Shown piece after piece: positions 24,901 to 36,252 of a stretch of DNA of 64,000 bases; the stretch's first letter is position 1; each line of letters begins with the position of its first letter. Below the pieces are notes generated by a model. That model made no database searches. It was given only the letters and a program-made list of their open reading frames with translations, and was not told where the DNA came from. Where the stretch lies: assembly GCA_001244265.2 (NCBI GenBank), contig CDLV01000017.1, positions 372,001 through 436,000 of the forward strand, in the 5' to 3' direction. The stretch is from Microbotryum violaceum. Taxonomy: Eukaryota. A program made the position numbers and the translations under genes.

Positions 24901-26699
24901 AAGATGGTGGTCGATGACAAGAGCGTCGAGCTAGAGAAGAAGTCGAGAGCGATGCTGGATCTCGAGGCCAAGGCGAGGGAAGTGACGAAGCAACTTAATC
25001 TTGCGCAGCAGACATCGCAGGATGCCATTGCCGAGCTCGAGAAGAAGTTGATCATCGCTCAGGAGGCGCAGAAGGACACGATGCAGCGAATCGAGGGCGA
25101 GCTCGGCGAGACAAAGCAGGATCTCGAGACGTCGAGGAAAAGGACTCTTGAGCTTGAGGAACGGCTCGTCAATTCTCGACAAGGCCAGAAAGAGTCGACG
25201 GTGAGACTCGAGAAAGAACTCAAGTTCGCGAAGGCTGCGCTGGAAGCGGCACAGGTAACGATTGCAGAACTTGAGCAGACGCTCGCCCTTGCTCGGCAAT
25301 CCCATGAGAACTCGACTTCACGCTTGGCAGCGGAGCTTGCGGCCGCGAGGACGGCGCTCGAACAAGCCAATGCCTCAAATGCGCAGCTCGTCAGCTCGGT
25401 CGAAGAAGAAGCCACGCTTGCGCGCAAGGAGCGGGACCTGGCGCTCGATGCTGCGACAGTCGCCCAGACTCGTGTTGCAGAGCTCGAGGCCGACCTGAAC
25501 CGACAAGACGAGGAGCTAGCCGCCGCCAAGACCCGGATAGCGGACGACAAGCAAGCGCTCGAGACCAAGTCCGCCCTGATCCTTAAGCTCACGACCGAAC
25601 TCGCGAGCGTGCAAAGAGTTCTCACGGAACGCGAAGCCAAGATGGATCATCTGCAACGCCTCGTCGATCAATACATCAAGCGTGAAGCTGATATGGCACA
25701 GTACGAAGCGAATCGACGAGCGGGCACGGATTCATTGCAGGCACGACTCGCGGCGATGCAGCAGTCTTCAGCGAGCAAGTCCTCGACGGGCCTATCGTCG
25801 TCCCAGCGATCGGCCAAGAGTTCTTCGGGTCTTCCCGCCCACGCTGGTCGATTTTCGTCGGGAAAGGATCTTGAGACCGTTGATGAGCTACGAGTGCGCA
25901 ACGGTGAACTCGTCAACCGAATCGAAGAGCTCGAAAGGATGCTCGAGCTGAGCGGAGGCGGCACCTTGAACCGATCAACTAGGTCGAGTGCCCCTGTTCC
26001 CGGGCTCGGCACGCGAAGGTCGGGGAGCATCGATCTAGCCAAGGTCGTTGGTCCGGCCGAGACATTCGAGAGGAAGGAGCTCAACTCGATCATCGATACG
26101 CAGAAGAAGGGATTGACCGAGTCCCAAACTGCGGCAGACAGGTACAGATTGGTGAGTGATCGCAATGGAAATAGCATATCTAGACTCATCAATCTAAGTT
26201 TCCTTTTTGACTATTGCAGAAATACTTGGCCGCTCAGAAATTGCTCGATAAACTCACGGCCTCGGTCGGACCATCTTCCCTCCGACCAGATCTACGTGAT
26301 CCGCGATCACCCGTCGAATCACCTCGCGCGTCACTCGCCGAACTGAACGGGTCAAGTGAAAACCGACGACCCACCCTTCCCTCACGCACCACGACAACCT
26401 CCTCTCCGTCGTCCACTTCCTCGAACCCAATAACCTCGATGCACCACCTTGGCCGCTCAACCTGGACGCGTGACCAACCCCCTCCCTTGCCTTGTTCCCC
26501 CCGCAATGCCGATAAAGAACGCCAACATCGTCGCGTTACGATAGGGAAGGAGATTGAGCAACTCAAACAGGCCAAAGAGGTGTTGAAGAAGAGGGAAGGG
26601 TTCGATACGCCACCCTCTTCTCCGCCGAAGCTCTCGAGCGCGAGGTTTGGGGAAGACGGCTTTGGAACGTTGAGGAGTCGAAAGGATTTGTTTGATTGA
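21933..26699 (+). CDS. Kinesin motor, kinesin-7 (Kip2/CENP-E-like), Ser-rich N-terminus and long coiled-coil; multi-exon
   Basis: [15 protein letters not shown]-loop, [61 protein letters not shown]; the subfamily is inferred. Confidence 0.93.
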
Positions 26700-26973
26700 G
26701 CGGTAATATGAGCGGTAGTGGCTGTTTTGTGTATAAGGTCGTGTTTGCGTGTATTTGCTGTACCACCCATGCATACCTCCTTTCCGTTTTCGAAATCTTC
26801 TTTCTAAGTCCATAGTACTATTATTCTCGAGGCGCACTGCGCTCTCTTTCGGCTTTCTAGTATGAGCAATCCCAGTCACGATTGAGGCGTTTGCTATGCA
26901 AGGGTTTAGAGAGATAAATCCGAATTTTAATCTATACAACATACCAAGTCGGAGAGATCTCTTTGCCTTCCGT

Positions 26974-28408
26974 TCAAGCCATGGCCTGATCCTCGCCCTC
27001 TTCTTCGTCGTCATCCTGATCCCACCATTCCAAGACGCCTAGACCTTGTTCGCGAATAGAACACTGTGCAGGACCTAGAGCGATCAGTGATCTGCTATCT
27101 CGTGGTCCAGGAACCGAGACTGCCCACTCACAATTAGCGAATAAGGTGATCTCCCCCTTTCGACCGCCTGCGTACCCGAAACGTTCGGATCCGCGCCTCC
27201 TGCGCCCGCGCCCCCCTGACCCGATCCGGGCCCTACTCCAACCCCCGTATTCGTCGGCGGCGCCGAAGCACTACTCTTCCCATTCGTAGGACTAACATCG
27301 TGCCATAATTCTTGCTCGCATCTGATCCGGAGCCAATCCTTGCGCTCGATGTAGAGTTTATCGTCCGAGGGCATCGAACGTAGATCTTCGGAGGTGGGCA
27401 CGATTCGGTTCGGTGCGGGTTGACCATTTTCGTCTTCCGGAGCGGGGACGAAAAAGTAGGCGCGGCGTGAGGGGTCACTGAGAGAGGGAGGGAGGGTCAG
27501 GATGGTTTTTGCGAAAGCGATGGGAGGTAGAGAGAGGCACGCACAATGCTGAGTCGAGGGGCAGGAAATGCGGGGGGATCAAAATATCGTCAAAAAACCC
27601 GACCGTGACTGTAGAACCCCGACAAGAGTGACAGGTTCATAAGTCTGGCCTCGAACAGGCCGTAAGCAATATGACAGTCTGCTTTCTATGGTGTCGTACC
27701 TTTGATACCTTCTTCGGATTGGGACGAGACGCGGGCGAGAAACGCTTCGCCGACGAAGGGGCGGAAGACGATCAAGCGGAATTCGGCTGGATGGAATGGA
27801 GTGTCAGAGATTTTGAAAAGTCTCAAAAGGTCTATTGTGGTTCGGAATAAACCCACTTCGGTAGTAATAGCACCCATCCCCGTAGAGAACGGCGCCCTCT
27901 GTCGCCTCGAGAATGTCGAGCAATGAAATGACGAGCCCTACTTCTGGGAGGACCTATTCACCAGGCCACAACAAACATAACCACGCATCCGTTAGCCCAT
28001 CACACGATCGCCAACTTCCTCAGCCTCCCCATCTTGATCGAGCGCGACAAGAGATCTCCCGATTGCTGAAACTGAGATCGCACCTTGTTGGCATACCGTC
28101 GTTGTATCTCCTCCCTGATCGCGACCACCGGGTCCTTTCCGAAATCACGCGGTTCGACGCGGATCGTATCCTATTTCGACCGTCGCCGTTCCAGGTTCCA
28201 CGTTCCAGGTTCCACGTTCCAGGTTCCAAGTCCAGCGTCCAGAGTGTCAGGGAAGATCAGGTTGAGCGACGTTGAGCCGATTGCGAAACGTCCACAGTCG
28301 ACAACGGGAGCGTCGATTGGGGACAGGGAAAGGGGTTGCGGTCAGTCTGGGGGTGAGCAGAAGGTGGGAAGGTGGTGTACTGACCCGCTGGATACAAAAG
28401 GTAAACAT
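26974..28408 (-). CDS. RPC25: RNA polymerase III subunit Rpc25 (RPC8)
   Basis: Spliced: MFTFCIQR|DTIRVEPRDFG...RYANK|VLPEVGLVISLLDI...GDG|EFRLIVFRPFVGE...|VTVGFFDDILIPP...|SPYSLI|CSIREQGLGVLEWW. Confidence 0.93.
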
Positions 28409-28714
28409 GCGTTCCCCCGTCGGCCAACGTAGGGACGAAAGCTTCGAAGCGCGAGGTGCACGAGGAAGGCGAATCATCCGTTGCAGTAACGAGACGAGGT
28501 CATAGCGCAAGCTTGACGCGGGCAAGGGGTAGCTCGCATGTTTTGTCATGGGATTCCACATACAAGAGACCACCTTTTTTCAGCTGATCTAAAATCAAAA
28601 ACTCGTTAAATATTATTACAACACTCTCCAAGTTCATCACCCAAATAACCCTTCTTCCGTCCTGGAATCCGAGGTCGATGCGAGCTCTCCGGCAACCTGG
28701 CAGCAGGCCGTAGC

Positions 28715-30665
28715 TCATGCACTCGAATCGTTCAAGTCAACACAAACGCTAGAATGGAAGAATCATCATCAGAGCAACGCATTCAGTTCAGCGGAACGCG
28801 AGTCATCGGTCGAGAAGGTGGGATCCCAGCACTGACCAAGCTTTATGATGCGCCGAATACTGCCGCACCGTCGTCCCGCTCGCCAATTCCCATAACCGAG
28901 CTGTATGGTCCGACGAGGCTGACAACAATCGAACAAGAACGGTCAGCGAGCCTTTTTCCTACAAGTTCAACCCGTCCCTCCACTCAATCGACACATCGAC
29001 CAGAAGAAGAGTAAACTGACCGGAAACGAGATAAGCCGAATCGGCGCTATAAGCCATATCCCACACCCAACGCTGATGCCCTTGTAGCACTTTGTCGAGT
29101 GAGTAGTTGCCGTCGTCTTTGGGTGACCAGATCTTGATCGTCGTATCGGCGGAACAGGTGGCGAGGTTTCTGGAGGTTGGAGATGGGTTGCAGGAGGAGA
29201 GAAGTGGGAGGCGGCAGAAGATCGGGTGGAGTGAAGAAATTTTGTGATCAGCCAACAGTATAAGGATGAAAAGAGGAAACACCAAGGGAGGATCCTCGAC
29301 GTACTTTGTGTCCGGAGAAACGAGCACTTTGATGAGGTACCTCGAATGCGCCTGGAATTTGGTCTTGGGCTGCAACGAGGTGAACGCCAATCCTGGCTGA
29401 ATGGTCCAGACGTAGACGACACCCTGTAACGCAAAAATTCCATCAAGACACGATGATCAGCAAATTCGAAGAGAGCGCCTGTCTTGTGGACCTAGACAGC
29501 TCACCTTGTGATTCCCTCCGACCAATGCCGATCCATCCGAAGCGATTGAGACCGAACGCATTGGAACATCCTCCTCCGGTAACTGCAAGTCGTACGCAAT
29601 AGAATTGTCTCCCATAAGCAACTGGACAACCATTTCTTTATCCTTGCGAAGTGTTCGCCCTGCCCCTCCTCACCAAATCATGCGAGCAACAATCGGCGCC
29701 CAAGTCCCAAATCTTGATCGCTCCATTCTGGTCGCACGAGATGAGTTCGCCTTGATTCGAGTGTAAGGCCAGGTCGTTGACGGGGGCGTTGTGCGCATAG
29801 TTTCGTTGTGGTGTGGCCGTTCTGATTGAAGTGTGTGTGAGTTCGGGATGAATACGAGAGGACAGCCGGCGGCGGAGGATGGGAGGGGAAGCATATTCGA
29901 TCCGAGATGAGTTCTTGTGGCCTCTTCAGCGAGCTTTGATGCCAGCTTTTGGCCCGTTGCCAGGACGAACCTGACATCCCAGATCTTGACGGTACCATCT
30001 TCCGAGCCTGAGACGAGCCATTTGCCCTCGGCGTGCCATGCCAAACTGGTGACGTTTGCCGAGTGACCGGTCAGGGTGATGAGCTGGTACGTCGCAAAGA
30101 GCAAAGATCCGTCGGACCACGATCAGCTTCCCATCACAACCAAGTGAAGATGATGCTCGACTGACGGGTGGTACATTCGCGCCTCCTACACCTGCTGCTG
30201 AGGTTGCGATGTCGTAGAGCTTGACGGTGCCGTTGCCCGCTGCGGCAAGGTACCGCTTGTCGGGCGATATCTTGAGTCGGTTTACTTGCTGTTGCACAGG
30301 ACCCAACCTTGTCAGTTCCATCTATCTCACTTTGAAGAAAGACATACTCTTGCCCCAAGCAAGCCCGTTCGAGCTCTTCGCAATCAGACCTCTCCGCCGC
30401 ACCGATGACCTCCCTCCCGTACACGTACATGTTCTTGATGGTTCAACGTCCTCGAACACACCCCGCTCCAGGCCTCCCAAAACCTTATCGTATTATCATA
30501 GCCTCCCGTAACGAGGATGACGGACAGGGCATCCTGTTGAGCCGACGAAGCTTGAGCGGCGGCTTGCGTTGCCGGCGTTGCTTGTGGGGGGAGATGAGCG
30601 GTCGAGGGGAGGGGAACGGGCGCTTGTTGGGTCGTTGGAGGGGCTCGGGTCGTTGTGGGTGCCAT
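28715..30665 (-). CDS. LST8: TOR complex WD40 subunit Lst8
   Basis: [100 protein letters not shown]. Confidence 0.96.
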
Positions 30666-30709
30666 AGGCGTGGCGGGCTGGGATGCGAGACGGAGGTGGC
30701 GAGAGGAGG

Positions 30710-30773
30710 GAAGACGAGGGAAGACGAGGGAAGACGAGGGAAGACGAGGGAAGACGAGGGAAGACGAGGGAAG
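30710..30773. repeat. 10-bp tandem repeat (GAAGACGAGG) x6
   Basis: Read directly; lies in the LST8 5' leader/promoter. Confidence 0.95.
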
Positions 30774-31437
30774 CCGAAGAGAGCACGGCGCGGCGTGTGG
30801 GGGTCCTGCACTTAATCAATTAATTCAGGTCGGCTGACAATTTCAAGTGCAAAGGTGGCCCTGCACAGCATCATGTTCCACAAGCAAAAAAGTGGGAAAA
30901 AGCAGGCCACTGGTGTAGAGAGACATTCACAAGGATCAATGCAGTGGATCATCCCTTTACAGTGGTCCAATTTCGGACTTAGCTTCGGCGCCGCGTTTGC
31001 GCGTAGGATGCTCTTCGCTTCTGGTCCACTTCCCTTATCACCATTCGTTCCCACTTCTACGCATCGTTTGACATCGCCACCACTGCAACGCGCATCCTTT
31101 GACTCTCCTGCGATCGACTTGCGCGACTGCCGAGTTGATCGTGCCAATTCTCCCCCAAGGCGACGCACCTCCTTTCTACAGTGGCACTAGGCCGCACGAA
31201 CGAGTGCTAACATCGGCTAACATGTTTCCGTACTCTCTCGTCCTACCACTGATCCGAATCGGGAAACCAAGTGGGATGAAGCAGCATTATACACTCTGAC
31301 ACATCCGTCATCCGAGGAGCTCCGCACTTAAAATCTACTACCTCTCCACTTCTTCGGGTATTACTCAAGCGACGATCCACTATGACCGCTGCGGTATTTA
31401 TGCCTTTCTCAGAGTCTGCTTGACTTCGAGGTGTAGA

Positions 31438-31572
31438 GGGATATGATGATCGATTACTTGGCTAGCATACCGTTTCACGGAGGAAGGGGTAAGCCCATCT
31501 TTTTAGGTCGCGTGTAGCACCGATAGGGGGTCCTTTCCAATGACTAGCTTTTTATCTTTGAGATCTGATCCC
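31438..31572 (+). ncRNA. Box C/D snoRNA candidate
   Basis: Box C ATGATGA (31443-31449) and box D CTGA (31565-31568) are closed by a terminal stem GGGA(T)/(A)TCCC. ATCTTTGAGA just upstream of box D is complementary to the conserved 18S 5' sequence UCUCAAAGAU. Confidence 0.65.
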
Positions 31573-32754
31573 CATAACTTTGCCAAATTTATGGTAGTCG
31601 TCTTGAGTCACGATGTAAACGTATCTCAGCTCGTACCTTGTGAAATGCCCACCTTTGAAGCAGAGACCCGAGACAAAAAACGAACCGTGCTGGCAAGTAG
31701 TGCCTACCTCTCCTTTCCACTCGTTGCGAGCCACTTCGGGCGAAAGGCTGCCGACGCTGCTTGTCCTCCTTCCTCACACCCACTTCCTCTTCTCACAGTT
31801 CCCAGGATCAAAAGCTTCGAGCCTTTTGCTTCTTTCATGATCATGATTATTTTTTCTCATCAGACTACGCTATAGTGCTTCTTCCCCAACTTGTCTTCCT
31901 AGACTTGGCGGGGGTGTCCGTTTCCCACTAGTAAGAGCTGACGAGTTCGGAAAAGGGGAAGACGATCGCCACCCCTCGAAAAGGTAGAGAAGGTGTCGAC
32001 GTGGCACTTTGGTGGTCTTGGTTAGGGACGTTGAGGTCGTGTTTGGAGTGGATCGTGAAGTGTTTTGGTGTCGGGGTGGAAAGGGGATGGGGGTTGGGGT
32101 TGAAAGTGATGAGATGTTTATGTATATGAGGATTTTGTGACCGTGGCCAACAGCCTGCTCACGATCATATGATCATACTTTGTTTCTTCTGATGCACCCA
32201 CACCCAATGTCGAGTCTTTGTGATTGGTCGGTTTTGCTATCTTAAGATCCTCAACTTGTTTTCTGTCGAGCGCGAGACTAAAAGTGAGCAAGTCGACACT
32301 GCACAGAGACAACGCAGGGTCCTCGTCACAGGCTGAGCTTCGAGGACGCCTTATCGGTCAATTTCAGGCGCCTTCGCTTGTCAGTTCCGTGAAAATCACA
32401 GCCTTCCAATTTGAAGCAGCTTTAATCGCTTGGGAACGCAAGGTCACGGAGACGGTACGTTGGTCTGACGAGACGGCACGCTTTCCTGCAGAAAAGGTGG
32501 GTCGGACAAACATGACAAACATCGAGCCGTGTCTTTGCTTCGTCTCGAGATGATCTCATTCGGATTGGTCGGTAAATCTCTAGTGCTCTCCCCGATTACT
32601 CCTACCGCATCACGCCATCCCCACTACACGCACCCCATCCCAACCTCTCTCAGTCCATCCTCACCGAGACGACCCAAACCTTGGTGTTAAAGGGACAAAG
32701 GTCCGATTGCAACTCGATGTATCATGACCCGGAATCTGGTGCCGCTGTAAATTT

Positions 32755-33660
32755 TTATGCCTCCTCGGTGCGGACGCGAGCGTTGCCGTTGGTCAACTTG
32801 ACGCCCAACTGTACGCAAGAAAACGACACTCAAAATCAGGGCCACATCCCCCCACGTGGATATCATGCGTCGACTGTCGACTTACGACACGAGCCTTCTC
32901 AACGATTTCGACGCGCTTGCGGGACGAAACGCCGTGGGCGATCTCGGCGGCGTACGAGCCGTTGTGCATCAACAGGAGCTCGAGCTCGCGCGTGTTGTTG
33001 ACGAGGAATCGCCTGTAGCCGTTGGGCATCACGTGACGGGTCTTCTTGTTCGAACCGTAACTGGTGGTCGTAGAATAATGGGTGGGGGGTGGGAGTAGGT
33101 CAGCTTCAGGGTTGGTCTGGACGTCTCTTCGGTGTGAGGGTTTACTGACCCGATCTTGGGCATGGGGAGCTGACCCTTGAAACGACGTCGGACTCGGTTG
33201 TCAATACCTAAATGCCATCACAAAATACCCGACATCATCAGTACCGCATGTTCTTTCTAGCTCACGGTCCGTCCCTATAGGTCACGCGACCGTCCTCTTC
33301 GTCTGTCGTGGTGGCTTCCGCTGATTGCACGCACCCTTGGGCTTGCGCCATGCTGCCTTGACACCGGCATAGCGATCCGATTGGTGGCGGCTAAAGGCGA
33401 TCAAAACGATCCATGAATAATATGCAAATGGTCCAATCCAGTGTTCGAAGGGGGAATGAGCAAGATTGTCGTAGTGTGGGAGGGTGGTGGGCGAGGGCGA
33501 ATGCGTCGTGTGAGCATCGTGCGAAAGGTAGGGCCAGCGTGGGTGAGAGAGATCAACGCAATCGTCAGCCATGGCTTCATTCAACCCTCATATACCCCGA
33601 TGAGACTGACATGAAGGGCTTTGTCCTCTTCTTGATGCGAGGAATCGTAGTGGCGGCCAT
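32755..33660 (-). CDS. RPL32: 60S ribosomal protein L32 (eL32), 5 exons
   Basis: [69 protein letters not shown]...|[17 protein letters not shown]. Confidence 0.97.
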
Positions 33661-36252
33661 CCTGTGTTACCTGTTCGGAGAGTGAAAGGGGTGCAGGAGT
33701 GGGCGGAGGAGGTGCGTAGGCAGCAGCGGGCGAGGCAGGCAGGCAGGCGAGGCGAGGCGAGGCAATCGGCAGCGCAGTCGCGGATTTGCGCGTGCGGGAA
33801 GTTTTCAGAGGGCGCGGCAAGGCAGAACGGACGTCAGCTCAAGCACTTCGCACTCCCCTAGCGAACGGCACAGAGGTCGAACCAACACGAGGGTCGTACA
33901 AGTTCGGATGCAGAGGGTGTCGGTATGTACCTTTTGTTGATCTACGAACTGGGTGGAGACGACGACAGATCAAAGGCGCGAGACGACCATCGATGGCTGC
34001 GACGGTGACTCTCACGCGCCTGCCGCAAATTGGTCGAAACTCGGTCTGGGCCATGGCCGAAATTGGGTCCGGGCGACTTTGGTCCACCCGCCGCTTCCTC
34101 GACTTCGCGCTGCCAGTCGATCAGAGCTCACTTGACGCCGGTCGGCTCAGAGTCTTACGGCACGCATGCAGAAAAGTGGGGGGCGGAAACACTACAGGTC
34201 ATACTCCAGATGAGTGCAGCTTGGACTTGTGAGGTCCTGCCTCTCTTTATGAAGGCATGGTGTGAAGAGGTCGGCGAAAGTTCTTTCCGAAGTTCCCCAG
34301 GTACAGTAGCAGCTGTCAAAGAATGCCCCAGCTCTTGCACGTAGACCGTTGGTATCTAACGAGGCTGCTGATAGCTCTCTCGGAGAAATAAGGTCCCGGC
34401 GAGAGCGCAGAACCGACTTGAGTCTCTCGGCGCACCGACGCTCACGTGCGCACGTTGGCTTCTGACAGGGGCCGGCCGGGCCCAGGACCGCTCGGGCGCT
34501 TTCGGAAAGCTTCTGAAGCGTCATTGCGTTAAGCAAGATCAAGGCAATGAGCAGATTTCTGAGGCACAAAGATAAAGCAAAGCATTAGCAAGGTTGCTAC
34601 AACACAGGTCAGCTCGTACCCCAGAAGAGATGAAGGGAGTGTAGTGACTACACTCGGCGCTTCCGTCTTCAGCAACACCGCTGGCGGCTTCAGCTAGACT
34701 TGGGCCGGCGTCCAGCTGATCAGACGTCGATGGCCGCACCGGGGCACTTTGACAACAAGGGGCTGCCTGTGGCAGTAGCTGCTGGTCCCGAACCTGTCCC
34801 GCGTCCGTGTGGGGTTCCTCGTCGACAGAGACAAGAGCTAGTAATGGACTATTTTTTCTCTTGTCTCGAAAGGGCCGGATTCAGACCCGAGCACTCCGGC
34901 TCTTGCCGCGAGTCCAAACCCGAAGGATGCCCAATGATGCCGATGACGAGGTCACCTGACACTTTTTAAAAGCTAGAGATTTGCAGGTCACCCGGGCTTA
35001 AGACCTCCCGGTGATTACCGATCTTTAGGTAGGTACTCGGACTTTGGCAAAGATATATTGTTAAACCGTTTTCCTGGACGAACTTTCGGTGATCGGAGCT
35101 ACCGGCGGTCGCAGAAAGTCGTCTATTGCTGAGCCTGAAAAGAAGTGGTCAAGGTCCGGGTGCAAGCTCTGGGCTCGTAAAGCCCGAGAAAGCTGCCTGG
35201 GCTTGCGCGTCGGCTGGGCTGCGGCGCTCGGCACAACAGCCTGTCAATCGGTCGAATTGGACTGGCGCTGACTCGCTGGGACCTTGGCGCAAACGTCACG
35301 GCAGGCAGGCTAGGGCAGGCTTCGAGAGCTCCGCGCCCCACCAGTCAACCAGTCGCCGCTCCCCTTTTGAAGGTTTCCCCCCCTTTTCTCGATCGAGGTC
35401 GTTGCTCCACAAAGTCACGCAACCCGCTTCAGCCCAAAGCCCACCTAGACGAAACCCGAGCCACCTACGCCGCTCACATCGCCAGTGAAACCGCCCTTTT
35501 AGGCCTGTGCCTGTATCGATCGCTGCGAACACGCCCCTTGAACGGTTGAGCCCGCTCCTTATCGCCTCCGCCTCTCATCGTCTAGCCCAAGCCGCAAGCG
35601 ACCCACGTCTCGCCTGTAGCTCCTGCTCCTTGAGATCACACTAGCTACTCGGACATTACCCATTGCTAGGTTAGTGGCGACTGCCCTTCCTTCCTCTGGT
35701 GCCGGCGATGTGGCGCCCCCGTCCTCGATGGAACGGGCTTCAGGGATGGCCCTGGCATCGGGCCGTTCTACGGCCTTGCCCGGGCCCATAGCAGCTGGGC
35801 TGTTTTTCGCGCCTGGCCTCTGGCGGGATTCGCTCGCTGCCTTGGACCTGTGGATGCTCCGGAGATCGAACCCTAGTCATTCCAGTGTGCTACATTGTAC
35901 GACAAGTGATCCGGAATACTTTGCTGACATGCCTTGCTTCCGTCTCCCTTCTCTGTTACGCCACGTCGCTGCGAATTCGCCTTCCTGACACGCCCGTCCG
36001 TTACGCCCTCGTGACTTCGCCACTTTTCGACTGCTCGCTCGTCTGTTCGCGCGCGCGCCTCGGTGCCACTCACACTGCACGACTCTCGCCTCCGACTTGA
36101 ACGTGACTCAACCTCGGATCGGTTCCGATCATCCGCCGCGCCGTTTCCAAAAAACCAACTCTCCTCTCCGCTTGCCCCACCACTACCTTGCGCAAACTAT
36201 TTATCTGGGGTTTCAAACGACCAACAGCCCTCGAGTCCCTTCGAGGTATCCA

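Noticed and set aside
31938-31982. Hammerhead ribozyme core CTGACGAG...CGAAA
   Set aside because: Convincing stems I and III and an NUH cleavage site could not be built.
31336-32100. Telomerase RNA
   Set aside because: No CCCUAA-permutation template was seen on the + strand, which the G-U pairs favour. CCCTAACC occurs only on the - strand (~32020-32027), is short and is expected by chance.
36097-36252. Non-AUG N-terminal extension of GLT1
   Set aside because: An open frame from TTG exists, but nothing in the sequence supports its use.
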